Shown in pieces: positions 28,449 through 41,975 of a stretch of DNA of 64,000 bases. The translations under genes were made by a program, and so were the position numbers. The first letter of the stretch is position 1. Each line of letters begins with the position of its first letter. The notes under the pieces were generated by a model. It did not search any database and was not told where the DNA came from. It was given only the letters and a program-made list of their open reading frames with translations. Location of the stretch: NCBI GenBank assembly GCA_030770535.1, contig JASVEC010000012.1, forward strand, positions 682,001-746,000, in the 5' to 3' direction. Origin of the DNA: Batkoa obscura (Eukaryota).

Positions 28449-28889
28449 AGGGTGTTTTTTTTGGTTTCATCACTTTTTTTATTTTTTAAATGCTATTCAA
28501 TCAATAAAATCCCAAATGTTATTTTTAAACAAAAAAAATACATCCCCATATATTTATTAAAAAACTAGCTTTTAAAATAAATTTATAGTGATATTTAATT
28601 AATTAAGCTTGAAAATTTTTAATATGTAAAAAAGTTTCTTATATGGTGATGTTTTTTTTGGTTTCATTATTTTTTCCATTTTTTAAGCACTATTTGAGCG
28701 GAAAAATTGTTAGTAAAATTCTTAAACATAAAAATACATTCCCACATTTTAGATAACTTTTTTATTAAATTGTATAATATTAAAAATATGAGGATGTATC
28801 TTTTTTAAGAATTTTACTAAATAAATAGTCTTTCCACTTTAAAGAGCGCTTAAAAATAGAAAAAATGTTGAAATAAAAAAAACACCCAC
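28449..28889. mobile_element. Cluster of three MITE copies (about 28449-28547, 28645-28743, 28790-28889)
   Basis: Same ~99-bp family in both orientations. Confidence 0.85.
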
Positions 28890-29324
28890 ATATATATAGT
28901 TTAATTTTTTAAATAGTAGTACTATTAGATTAATTATTGCATTAGTTAAATTATTAAAAAACTAACTTTAATATTAAATTTTTTAACTGTTTTTTAAATA
29001 ATTATTCATTTAAAAAATATAATACTTGTAAATATTTTGCTAAAATTTAGCTAATATATTTAATTCCTAGACATTTAGCTTTAGTTACTAATAAAACCTT
29101 ATTAATATAGTTTTTAAAACACTTTTAAAGTAATTTTTTAATTTTTTATAGCTAAGACTTTTATAACAAATAATTAGATTTTTAATGTATTATTAAAAAA
29201 GTCATTGGCTTTTAAATCTTAACTCAGCTCAATAGCTGCTGTTAAAGATATCATTTTTAAAATAAAATTTAAGTTTGTCAGGAATTAAATAAAATTTATT
29301 ATATAAAAAAGCTTAAATCAGTTT

Positions 29325-29782
29325 CGTGAAATATTGCTTTATTTAGCTCTCGGATTGATTATAACACAACAATCACTTAAGTTGTGTTCTCAAGTTCAAA
29401 CACAATAAACCAGAGTCCCTTATTTTGATTTGCTGCGAGAATTTATAACTTCATATTGCAAAGAATATTATCTCCTTTTAATGTCCATACTTATTGGAGC
29501 ATAAAAGAGATTCTTCAATATGATAACTCGAGACTTTTTAATTGGATCACTCCCTGATAACGTATCATTAATAAAGTCACTAAGTCTTTCTGACAACATC
29601 TGATATAGATTTTATAGTAGTATCTTCCATTGTATTTGTTTTACATAATTCGTAGCTTACTACATACTATTTCTATTAAGTTAAGTCTATCTTAGTTACA
29701 TAAACTAAGACCCTTCGACTCAAGGCAAGTTAATTAAGCAAGGGTAGCTTTTAACTTCGACCACTAAGTATCAATTTTCACA
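29325..29782 (-). mobile_element. Solo LTR, followed by a MITE at 29795-29893
   Basis: (T)GTGAAA...TTTCACA ends flanked by a GTTT(C) direct repeat; homologous to the other LTR copies. Confidence 0.8.
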
Positions 29783-30019
29783 GTTTCAGAATTTGGGGAT
29801 GTATTTCTGTGTTTAAGAATTTTGCTAATAATTTTTCCGCTCAAATAGTGCTTGAAAAATGGAAAAAGTAATGAAATCAAAAAAAACATCTCCATATATA
29901 TAATTATTTATAATAACCCACAATTTATAATGCTTTATAATATAACAAAAAAAAAGTATTATTGAAGTTTGTTATTAATAGTGATAAATTTAATTAAGTA
30001 ATATACAAAATTAACGCTT

Positions 30020-30446
30020 TGTGAAAGTTGGTACTCAGTGATTGGAGTTAAAAGCAGTTTTTGCTTGATTAACTAGCTTTGAGTCAAAAGGTCTTAGCTT
30101 ATGTAACTAAGATGTACTTAAATTAATAGGAATAACACGTAATAAGCTTCGAGTTATCATGTTGGGTAGTCTCTTTTATACTCCGACTGAGTGGCTATAT
30201 ACAAGGAACACAATAACAGCTGTTCCTTATTATAGTTACCAAGTATGGACATTAAAACGTGGACAATAAGTTTTTCATGATTAGCCGATAGAAATTCTCA
30301 CAGCAAATATAAATGAGGAACTCTGAATTGCTTGTACCGCATGGACCACGGTCAAATTGATTACAAGGCTACAGCTAGTTTCATAAACAAGCCAAATGAT
30401 TATTATGTTATAATTAATCCGAGAGCTGATAAAGCAATATTTCACA
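30020..30446 (+). mobile_element. Solo LTR inserted in a heavily decayed transposase copy (about 29930-30661)
   Basis: TGTGAAAG...ATTTCACA with gctt/cctt flanks. The interrupted sequence aligns to the ISALRETGNKNQ coding region. Confidence 0.8.
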
Positions 30447-30661
30447 CCTTTGAAAGAAACAGGAAATAAAAACCAATAAATAGTATTATTGTTAACTATA
30501 ACTTTAATATATTTTTTAATAGATATAAAAATTTTGGAATTAACATAAATAAAAATTAATATAATTATTCAAAAATAATTAACAATAATAAAATACTAAT
30601 ATTATAATTTACTATTAAAAATATAAAAAAACTAAAAGTGAGCAAATTAAAACTATTATAT

Positions 30662-33603
30662 GGGGGTGTCCGAATTGGTTTCATTTTTTTATCCAATTTT
30701 TATATTTATATTTTAAAAACTTTGCTTAAAATTCTATAAAAATAAATTCTTTATTAAAAGCCAAAAGTACCCGACACAGTTTTAAATTATTTTGTTATAA
30801 TTTATATTGTCAATTAGCGGAATTTTTATTAAATTTAATATAAATTCCTGGATTAGTAAAGATTTTACTAATATAGCCTGTATAGTGATATTAGTCAAAG
30901 TTGTAATATGTAAATAAATATATACTTTTATATAACTTTATTAAGAAATATTTATTATAACTGCTTTATATTCAACACTGCAGATTTGCCATCAAATGAA
31001 TAAATTATTTTAATGTTATAATTACATTATTAATATATCGCTAAGTTAATAAATAGCTGCATGGGAGGGAGTGGTTAGCCCCAAAACTATAATTAACCAT
31101 CCCTATGTAATACAAGCAGTATAATAGTAGTTTTTACTTATCATTACAACTACTTGCTCTTTGACTATTTATTAACTTAGTTATTAATAATTTAAGTAAT
31201 ATCAACATTTAATAATTGATTTCTATCATCTAATAAGCTACTTACTTGCTTACTAAATATTGAAACTTTTAAATTTTCAGTTATTTTTGTAAGATAAGCT
31301 GGGGTTGATCTTTTAATTTTTCTATTCTCTATAGACTCTATAACTTTAATTGAAATTATATCGCTTTTTTTTGATCTATCAGATACTGGATAACAGTGTA
31401 ATTTATTACCACGTTTAATAAAATGTAAATACTTTTTAATACCTTTTATTTTTATTATTTTTTTTGTATCTTTGTTTCATACTTTTTAAAAATTATATTT
31501 ATTTGCCCATTATTGACAGTTGAGTTATTAAATCTATTATTTTCACAAACAAAAATCTCAAATTTTGAAATTAATTGATCAATATCTTCTATTTTACCTA
31601 ATGCTTCAAGGCTATTTTTCCACTGTGAAAGATTTCCAAAATGCCCGTCAACTATATTTTTTCCATGATGCTGAGCAAAAAAATTAAGATCAATATTTAA
31701 ACTACTATTTATTTTATAAATTTCTTCAAATATATAATGTAAAAACTCTTGAGATTTAAAATGATATCCTGTATCTGCCCATATATTAATTTTTGTAAAC
31801 TTTTTAAACAAAGGCTCTTTAGATATTAAATCGATCAAACAATCTCCTGCATATGCTGAATCATGATTTAATGTTTCAGATAAATAATCAAAATAAACTT
31901 TGCCTATTGTTCTATCATTTTCTAAATACAAAACGCCAAACCCTAATACTGATATAGCTTGTTTGTTATAATGATCTAAGTTTATTGGATCTGGTCTTGT
32001 TCCTATTTCCATATTTTGTTTAAAGTCTAGAATTATTATACAACTTCTATTATTTAATTTTTCAATAGTTTCATTAAGTATGTTTTTTTGAATATCAACA
32101 CAAAATTCATGTAATTTATATAACCTTTTTTCTTTATTAAAAGATTCCTCTATCTCTGCTTTATTTTTTGTCGTTGTATTTATTTTATTTTATTTTCAAA
32201 TAACTTTTTTCTAACTGTATACTGGGCACATATATTACATAAATCTGTTTTTCTTGTTGGATTTTTAAAATTATTTGGTATATATTTAAAAAATGTTGAC
32301 CTAGCTACTGCTTTATCTTTTAAATCATTAAAATACTTACTGTATATCATTCTTCTACTTTTATTTATCATTATTTTTTTTATTAAATCTTGATGAAATA
32401 GTTGAATTATCAAGTAAATATTGTATAATAATCTCAATTTGCTCATCTTTAATTTTTTTTGTATTTTTAATAATAGGTTGTAATGTTGGTGTTTTATTAT
32501 TATTAATTATTTTTGAATAATCATATTGATTTTTACTTATATTAAATCCAAAGCTTTTACATTCATCAAAAGAATATACTGAAGCTATAGTTGATAATAA
32601 TGCTACTTGTTGGTTTTTATTTCCTGTTTCCCTTAAAGCACTAATTTTATACATTGCTTGATTAAGTTTGTTATTATTAATAGTAAACTTTAATAATATT
32701 TCTTTTCTTTTTTTTGTTTTATTATAAAATTCCATAAACTTTGGGCTATTGTGAATAGTTGCTAAAATTGATGTAAATGAATTACAATGTTTATATAATG
32801 TGCTTCTCCCTACCGCATTAAAGTTTTTAGAAATTCCATTTCGAAGTTTAGTTATAAAAGCCTGCATTTTGTTTTTATTCTAAAAACAAATTGAAATAAT
32901 TATTCATCTATTGAACATTATTTGGGGGTGTTTTTTTTGATTTCATCACTTTTTCTATTTTTCAAGCGCTATTTGAGTATAATAATTGTTAGTAAAATTC
33001 TTAAACAAAAAAATGCATCCCCATTTAATAAAAAAATACAAAACACTGTGAAATATCGTTTCATCAGCTCTATGATTGATTATCGCATAATAATCACTTA
33101 ACTTGTTTACAAAACTAGTTGGAGTATAAAATAGATTCTCCAACATAATAGCTCGAGGCTTTTTAATTGAATTGTTCCCTAATGCTGTACTTTAATAAAC
33201 CCAGTAAATCTTATAGTATTTTACGTAGATCTTACAGTAGTATCTTCTATTCTATTTATTTTATATAGTTCGTAGCTTATTGCGCGCACTATTCCTATTA
33301 ATTTAAGTCTATCTTAGTTACATAAACTAAGGCCTTTTGACTTACGGCCAGTTAATTGAGCTAAGACTGCTTTTAACTGTAATCACTGAGTACCAACTTT
33401 CACAAACATATAATTAAAAAAATAAAATAAATAAATAAAATAAAATAAATGAATAAAATAAAATAAGTCTTTTAAGTTGAATTTTTATGTTTAGTTTTAA
33501 GCTTTTTAAATTTAGCTAATCATATATTAAAGACCTACAAATTTAAAAACTTAAAATTTGGATTAATTCCTAGTTAAATTCTGAAACCAATTCGGACAAC
33601 CCC
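30662..33603 (-). mobile_element. Most complete Sola-like DDD DNA transposon: both TIRs present, transposase frameshifted
   Basis: TIRs GGGGGTGTCCGAATTGGTTTCA and TGAAACCAATTCGGACAACCCC; flanks atat/atgt. Candidate catalytic Asp motifs ILDFKQN, WADTGYHFK and HHGKNIVDGHFG, plus DLCNIC. GRG..CYC termini with a 4-bp TSD suggest Sola (superfamily is inferred). Confidence 0.8.
33047..33404 (-). mobile_element. Solo LTR nested upstream of the transposase; MITE adjacent at 32924-33022
   Basis: TGTGAAA..TTTCACA ends with aacac/aacat flanks. Confidence 0.8.
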
Positions 33604-34681
33604 ATGTGCTTTTCCTTATTGTATTAAAATTTTTAAAAATTCCATTTCGAAGTTTAGTTATAAAAGCACTTGCATTTTGTTTATTTTTAAACCTATAATA
33701 ATTTTGTTAATAAAACTATTAAGACAAAAAAAATGCTATAATTTAACTCATTGAAGTTTTATTAGCAAATTTATAAAATTTTAACAATAGGTATCTCTTT
33801 AAATAAAAACCTAGCTTGGTGAAATTACAAAAAATAATTACATTTATTAAATAAAAATAACTTAAAATTGGGTTTTAAGTTAAGGCTTGAATATACAAAA
33901 GCAACTTTTAGCTCAAATTTTTAAAGCTGAAGCACATGTGATATTGTAAACAATAAATACATAAAAAAAATTTAAGCTGCAAAATTAATCTAAACTTTAG
34001 TGTTATAAAAATTTCAATAACCATAATTGATTTTATGTAGATCAATATATATTTTTTTGCAAAATAAAGCCGTATTAACATTAGATAATTGTTAGTTAGT
34101 CCAGATCACTATTTTATAAAGTGCTAAAAGAAATAATTTAGATAGTCTAAAAACAAAAGTAAAGCTAAATGTAAAACCAAACTTTATAAGGCAATAATTA
34201 AACAACATATTTAATTAGTTTGGTAATGTTAATGCTAGCAAATCAGATAATTTGACAAAGACTTGGGTTTGAATCCTTGGAAAGTCAACCATCATTTTTG
34301 ATAAATTTTAGTTTTAATATTATTGCTAAAGAGTTTTTTATATTTAAATAGTGTTAACCTTAGACACACCTACTGCTGTTAAAACAAATCAAGTTGGTTT
34401 TAAAATTTTCAAAAATAAACTGATTACTCAAAAGTTAATTATGTAGCAATGAGTTCACATATCAACTATGTTAGAAAAATTGTATTAACATAATAGTCAA
34501 CAATAGTATACTAATATTAAAACATATTTCAAGCTTATTAAACTATACAATAATTTATAATTTAAATTACAGTTTATTAGATTTATTTATTTAAAATCTA
34601 AGCTTAAATCAATTAAAAGCTTTATTTTTATATTGCACAAATAGATCTTAAAGTTGTAAGCAGGCACATCATACATGTAAA

Positions 34682-37600
34682 GAAAGGGTGTTTTTTTTGT
34701 TTACGTCACTTTTTCCATTTTTAAGCGTTATTTGAGTGGAAAAATTGCTAGAAATTTCTTATACAAAAAAATACATCCCTATATATATCCACTTAACCAC
34801 CTTTTTTATAATATTCAATGATCTACTAATAAATAGCTCATTATTTGTAAAGTGATTATTAATGGAATGTCTATTAATTTAAAGGTCTAATTTAATTTAA
34901 AATAATTAAATTTAGGTACTGAGCTTATAAACATTAACTGTAATGTTAAAAAGGCAAAAAATACATGCTTGATATATTAGGGATAGGGGTGTATTTTTTT
35001 GCTTAAGAAATTTCTAGCAATTTTTCCACTCAAATAACGCTTAAAAATGGAAAAAATGATGTGACCAAAAAAAACACCCCCATATCATATGCTTAAAATA
35101 CTTTTAAAAGATTATCTATATCTTTGATTTAAAAAAAAACAGTTAGTAAAATCATAGATAGGGTTTACCAAAAGTATCTACAACAATTTAATCGTCTTTT
35201 AGTTGTTACACAATAGAACCTTATGAAATTTAATAACTGATGATCCTAATACTAAACTAACAATATGGGAATGTAATATTGAAGTTATTATATGTTAAAT
35301 TTTATAAAGTTCTATTATATAATTAAAAAGTTATTAATGTTTTTTAAATACCTTTGTCTTCAGTATGCAGGAGAGGGGGCCCCCCCCTCTTCGTTCAAAA
35401 ATTACAAAAATTAATTTTTTTAATATGCAAAGTGTAAAAATAGACATAAAAAAGCTTTGGTCTAAAAATATATAACTAAGTTATTGATTATCAAAAAGTT
35501 TTAGTTTAATATTAAAAAAAGCAATGATTTTAAAAAATAAAGGATTGATTTGAAAAATCAATATTTTATTAATCAGATCCGAAAATTATGTAAAAAAAGA
35601 TGAATACTTTACCAGCAAAAAAACGATTTTCAGGATTATTATTTTATATGTCTTTATATTTTTTAAAACTAAATGATTTAGTAATGAAATAATTTTCAAA
35701 GCTTTCATGAGCCAATTTTAAAAATAGTTTTTAAAGGCCAATACAAAACATTGTAAAAAGCTTTTATCAAAAAAAGGATAGCATTCTGTATTAAAATATA
35801 TTATTGTATCATTTTATTTAAGTTTTTAATTTTTTAACAAAAAGATTATAAAAATTTGTAGCAAACCCCCCTATAAATCTCTAAAGTTTGAGCTTATAAA
35901 CATTATTTTTGATGATAAAACAATCAGATACATGTTTGATTTGAGTTTAAAATACTTTAAAGATTTTTTATATATTTAAATTGTTTTTAAAAAAATTCAA
36001 AAAAGGTACACACAGTTAAAGTTAAAGTCTAGGGGTAGTAGAGCTTGTAAACATCAAAAAACTTATTGAAATAAGCCAGCTGGTTCGCAAATACATTTAG
36101 AAATCTAAAGAAAAATATGTTTTTTGACAAAGAAGGGGGGGTGTAACAAACTTTATTTTCAAAACCTGAATTTTGAAATACTCTAGTTTATTCAATTATA
36201 GTCAAATAAATTGATTATAATTGACTTTTTCAAAAATAAATGTATAAATTCAAAAAGCTTATTTGTTCAAATTTGCAAATGTATTTGGGAATCAATTGGT
36301 TTATTTCAAAATGCATTATGTTTTGGAACCAGCTTCTAATTCCAATGTGAATCCCTTATTCTTTTTAATACTAAATAGATAAAATAAATATAGTTTAGAT
36401 CAATAAGACTCAAAAAATCAATTTTATCACTAACCTTATTGTAAGTTTATATAAATGTGAATTAATATAGTAATTATAAAAGGCAATCAGTGCAACATAA
36501 TAAAACAACATACAATAATAAATATAGGTTGAAATATTAATTGTTAAAATTTAAAGTAATTTCTTTCTAATCTACCAAATGTTATACAATGACAATTAAA
36601 AAAGATGATTTGTCAAATGAGAAGCAAACTAAGCAAAGATGTTTAAATAGTATCAATATTGATTTTTATAAAACAAATATTAGAAATAGAATTGAAAAAA
36701 TTGACTTTTTTTAATAGCAATTAAAGTATGAGCTTTAAATTGGCATTTATATTTTATAGAACTTTTAACATTAAAGTTGATTTAAAATAGACAAATATAC
36801 TATAATTTTAATTTAAGTAAAACATGATCCATATTAACCCTTTTAATATCACACACATCTTGAATTTTTAGTATTCGAATAGATCAGGAATCAAATTTAT
36901 TTTGTGCCAATTAGATCGGATCAAACACTTTTTGGAAAAAATACTGCTTTAGCCAAGTTTAATTTTAGTTTGAATTATTAAAAAATTTAAATTTAATAAA
37001 CATGAGGATGTTTTTTTTGGTTTCATCACTTTTTCCGTTTTTTAAGCGCGCTATTTGAGCGGAAAAATTGTAGTAAAGATTCTTACAAAAAAATACATCG
37101 CCATATCAAGAGATCAAGAGATAGTTAAAAAATAATAATTTAAAATATTATAGATTTTATCTCTTTTATAATCTAGCTTAGTACGATAAATTTTAAACAT
37201 CTGGCAACATGTGATGGACATTTAGTATTGGCCATATTGTCATACTGTTTCTTTTCTCTTTAAGTTTAACATTACAAACTTCTCACTTTCCTGAGGGAGG
37301 ACGTTTTTTATGTTTACTAGCAGCTGGCTTATTTTCAGGGGAACGATCTTTATTTTCATTTTCTAAATTGAGTCAGCATATTTATTTCTTAAAGTTCTTT
37401 ATTAATGTCGTACATTAATTGGTAGTATTTGTTCTATTAAATTTTCACTGATGTTTAAATTTAAATAAAATAATATTGGTTTTATTTTTATAATTAAACT
37501 TAAAATATAAAACAGATGTATTATAAATAACATACATTAAATAAAAAAATTCTTTGCATAATACTCTTTTACATATTTTCACACTATAAGACAACAAAAC

Positions 37601-37953
37601 TAATAATTGGTTATGCTTATTAAGGCCAACCTATAACTTTTATTGTAATTTTTCTGTATAATAGTCTAAACACCTTTCTCAGCATTCTCCCCATCTTTTG
37701 TTTTTTTCTTATATTTATATCCATTAATTCCCCCATTTTGATGTTTTAAGCTAAGTTAACATTTTTTTGTCCTTCCATTTTTAACGTCGTGAGCCATTAC
37801 TATAACATAGTTTTAATTTGGCTTTTATCTAGATAAAGTTAAATCTTCAGCATATGGGAATATATTTTTGTGTTTAAGAATTTTACTACCAATTTTTCCG
37901 CTCAAATAGAGCGCTTAAAAGATGGAAAAAGTGATGAGCTAAAAAAACACCTC
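34682..37953. mobile_element. Dispersed MITE copies (about 34685-34779, 34986-35081, 37004-37102, 37856-37953) in decayed repeat-derived DNA
   Basis: Family consensus recognisable at each site; no intact ORFs in between. Confidence 0.75.
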
Positions 37954-40106
37954 TATATTTTTCCTGTTTTAGCTGTGTTTTACCATATAGTTCTTTATAT
38001 ACATTTTATTGTTTTTTAATAAATTCAAGAATAGCTGGGGGGAGAGAGGGGGATACCAATTGTGTATGTATAGTGTGTATAGCCCCCTTTTAAAATAAAT
38101 TGAGGCATTTCTATTATCGTTTTTTCAAAAGCAGGTATAGTATTTTTTACATTGTTTTGATCGCAGATATAAATTTTAAATCGTGAGCAATAATCTAATC
38201 TGAATTTGATTCACAAGGCTTATAAAATCCAATACTCGAGAAAACAAGCCCTTTTAGAAAGGATAAGCCATATATGTTTTAATCTTTCTTTAAATTTTAC
38301 TAAAGGTTCATCAAGAGAAACATCACTATCGGGGGAGTATAAAAGTAAACGAATTTATTAAAAACTCTAATATAAGCTAGATTTTTCTAATTGGTGGATA
38401 ACTTACTACTTTTGCCTTCATTATTAGTAAAACGTAAGTTGCTAGGCTATACCAAAAATCTAGTTTCAAGGCAATAAATAGTTTCCAAAAACTGGGCTAT
38501 GTGATGTATATACTTAGTTGATCAAAATATGTGTGATCTTGGTTTTCTCATTTTTGAGAAATCAAAAAAATGTAAAGTAAAATATATGATCTCATCGATA
38601 GCTAAGTTACCAATTTATATTGCTTTTTTTCTTAAGACTGACTCCCCTCTTTTTGTTTAATAAGTTCAGTATACTGGTTTGTTCCTGTTGTATTAAATTT
38701 CAATAGTCATCATATAAAAGTTCATATAACATACTTAAAGCTAAGATTTACTTCCTACTTAAAACTAACAGATTAATCCCAGGTAGTATGGCAGCAAATT
38801 GTTTAGTATTGTGTTTTTTCCCAAATCTATTATTCTTCCACTGATAAATTATTAACTTTTTTATTGACTTTAATATTATTTGATTTATCATTGTTGTTAT
38901 TCTTATTCTCTATATCCTATACTTTTATAATCATTAACTATCTAGTTGCTTTTATTTATAAATTTATTTAAAGCACTTCATTTGACTGTTCAAGGTCATT
39001 TTATCCACATTATCATAAAAATAACTCAAAATCTCCTGGCATTTTAAAATAATGACGAATTAAACATAAGATAGAAAAAGCTTTTACTAAACTTACTAGA
39101 TTAATAGTTATATTTTAAATTAATTTAATTACGATAAACTTAGCTTATATGATTAAATCTTGGTTTTAAGTTATACAATATTTATCATTGTTTTATTTTG
39201 ATTTAAATCATATGTGAGGGAATGCTTTGTCATATAATTGAATTTTGATTAGCAAAAATTTAGAAAACAATTTTTACTCATTATTAGTATGTACTCTCAA
39301 GTGGTTAGTTCGATCATTTATATTTATATATAAATTCAGTATTAATATCGATTTATTGAGCATTAGTTATGTCCAACTTAAAATGATCATAGTGTAATAT
39401 TGTTATTTAGAAATGCATAGATAATATACAATGATACTAAAAAGCTTATTTGCAGCTTAAATTTTAAATCAAATTAGAATTATCAACACATCCTCCTGTA
39501 ATAAAGTTAAATCTTAATTAAACCTTAATTAAAAATAATTTCATAAATGTCAGACATGCTAAGTTCTAAAGTAAAGGAAAAAATTATTCTTTGATAATTA
39601 TTTGCATTAAAAAATTTATAATTGACTTGATTTTAAACGGTGCAATATATATTATCATTTATATTTTTTAATAATTATTAAACTTTCAAAGCATCTATTA
39701 ATTAAAATGTTATCATTAGTGCATATGCTGTTTGTTATAAATTTAATATTATTGAGCTTGGTACATGGTTAGTGGTACAAAAAACTATATTGGGAATATA
39801 TTATACAAAAAAGTCAAAAAGTTTAGAAAATAAAAGACAGTAAAAGTTATCATTTTTTTCAATACAATGTCTTTTGAGGGCTAAATATTGTTTGATCTTT
39901 TATACAGAAAAATTGAGGCTTCTTTTTAAAGTATGTTGAAATGAATCTGTCTTATCTTTTATTATTATAAAGCTTACCATCCCAAAAAGCTTTTTTTTAA
40001 CTTTAGAAATAGCAATAGTCACTTTTGGACCCAAGTCTGGACTATAAACTGGGTGAGAGGCCCCCCCCCCGCTTATTAATTGAAGTTTATTTTCTTTAAT
40101 AGCAGC

Positions 40107-40501
40107 TGTGAAAGTTGGTACTCAGTAGTAGGAGTTAAAAGCAGTTCTAGCTTAATCAACTTGCCTTGAGTCGAACGGTCTTAGTTTATGTAACTAAGAT
40201 AGATTTAAATGAATAGGAATAATACGTAATAAGTTACGAACTATGTAAAACAAATATAATAGACAAAACTACTGTAAAATCTACGTAAGACGTTGTCAGG
40301 AAGACTTAGTGGTTTTATTAATAGTACGATATCAGGGAGTAAAATTCAGTTAAAAAACCTCGGAGTTATCATGTTGAAGAATCTCTTTTTATACTCTTTG
40401 CAATGTGAAGTTAGAAATTCTCGCAGCAAATCAAAAGAAGGGACTCTGACTTGATTGTTGTGTTATAATCAATCCGAGAGCTAACAAAGCAATATTTCAC
40501 A
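40107..40501 (+). mobile_element. Solo LTR
   Basis: TGTGAAAGTTGG...AATATTTCACA with cagc/cggc flanks. Confidence 0.82.
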
Positions 40502-41229
40502 CGGCTTGTGAAAAGTTACAGGTATGAGCCTGTTCCATTATCATCCAATAAAAATATACTTTTAATTTTCCAAAAAAATTTCTTTTGTATCTGCTTTTAA
40601 CTTTTGTAATATATTAGCATTATTGTTCATTATTTATATACTACCACTTTTATCCATATAGTCCCCAATTAACAAAATCTTTTTTATATCCCAAAAAATA
40701 CCACCCATGATTTCGCCAGCTGAATAATGAAAACTTTGTACTTTATAGGGGTGAAAAAGCCTTTTAACCTATTGTTTGAAGCCTTTTTTCTTTTGATTCA
40801 GGAGCATAGTGTATAGTGATAAGCTCAGATTTCATTGCCAGTGACAAAATTTAGTCCAAAAATGCCTCTTTTTTCCTTTTAACAAACTCTAGAAAGTTTT
40901 TAAGAAGGCCTTTTTTTTTACACAATTTCTCTTTGAATTTTAGTCAAAAATTCAGGGAACTCTCATCTTCCACTGACTTTTAACATTAAAATATTTATGA
41001 AAAATAGTTAGTTGTAGGACATACCTCAATTATCCTCCAGCTAGCTAGCTGCTTTTTCTTCAAACAAAGCATCTTTTATAGATTTTTTAACTTTTTAATA
41101 ATGGGAATGTATTTTTTTGTTTAAGAACCTTATTTTACCAGCTTTTCCACTTAAATAACGCTTAAAAAACGGAAAAAGCAGTGAAACCAAAAAAAACACC
41201 CCAAATATTAGTAGTAGTTCCAGTAATAG

Positions 41230-41380
41230 GGCAACCTGATCTAGGGTCTTTTTTAAGTGACTTTTTTCTTCTTTTAAATAAAATATACTATCCATAAATT
41301 GTGGACCCATTCATTTAGGACAAAAATCTTTATAAATTGGAACCATTTAATTACAAGTAGCCATTAGACTTTTTCCCTTA
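41230..41380 (-). pseudogene. Possible Ty3/gypsy integrase C-terminal relic
   Basis: FCPK*MGPQF resembles the KLxPKWxGPF (GPY/F) motif with TGG>TGA. Weak support. Confidence 0.3.
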
Positions 41381-41975
41381 GTTAAGAATTTGATAGTTAC
41401 ATAAATTCAATATTGCTCATTTTTAATATTTTAGGTATCTTTTGCCTTTGGTGTATTATTTTTAGCTCAAGATTGACTGTTTTAATTAATTTAAAACTTT
41501 ACGATCCCTTGCGTATCTAAAAATTGGATTTGTTTCAAAAAAAAATTGGGGGTTTACATACGGATGTTTTTTTTGGTTTTATTATTTTTTACATTTTTTA
41601 AGCACTATTTGAGAGCGGAAAAATGTAAAAAATAATGAAGCCAAAAAAACACCCTCATATTATAGTTAAATCTAGCTAATTTTTAGAACTATTTGGCTTT
41701 CCTTGTAAAATAGTTTATAACATATAAAAGATTATTGTCTATAATTAATGCTATTAATAACATATATTTTAATAAATATAAATACTATCAGTAGGTCAAA
41801 AAGGTAAGTTTTAATAGTTATATTTATTCAATATTAAAAAAAAGGAATTATAATGTAGCTAAAACTTATATATGTGGGGATATATTTTCTGTTTATGAAT
41901 TTTATTAACAATCTTTCTGTTCAAATAAATAGCGCTTAAAAAATGGAAAAAGTGAAGCCAAAAAAAGACACTCCC

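Noticed and set aside
32955..33146. 63-aa ORF (and its 68-aa counterpart at 45333-45539)
   Set aside because: Runs from LTR sequence into flank or MITE DNA; a chance ORF within repeats.
34215..34292. tRNA-like segment (GGGTTTGAATCC...CCA followed by a T-run)
   Set aside because: No convincing acceptor or anticodon stems; at most a decayed pseudo-tRNA. tRNAscan-SE would settle it.
35368..36150. C-run and G-run motifs as TIRs, or as a polypurine tract before TGTAACA
   Set aside because: Ambiguous: no matching second LTR, TSD or ORF could be established.
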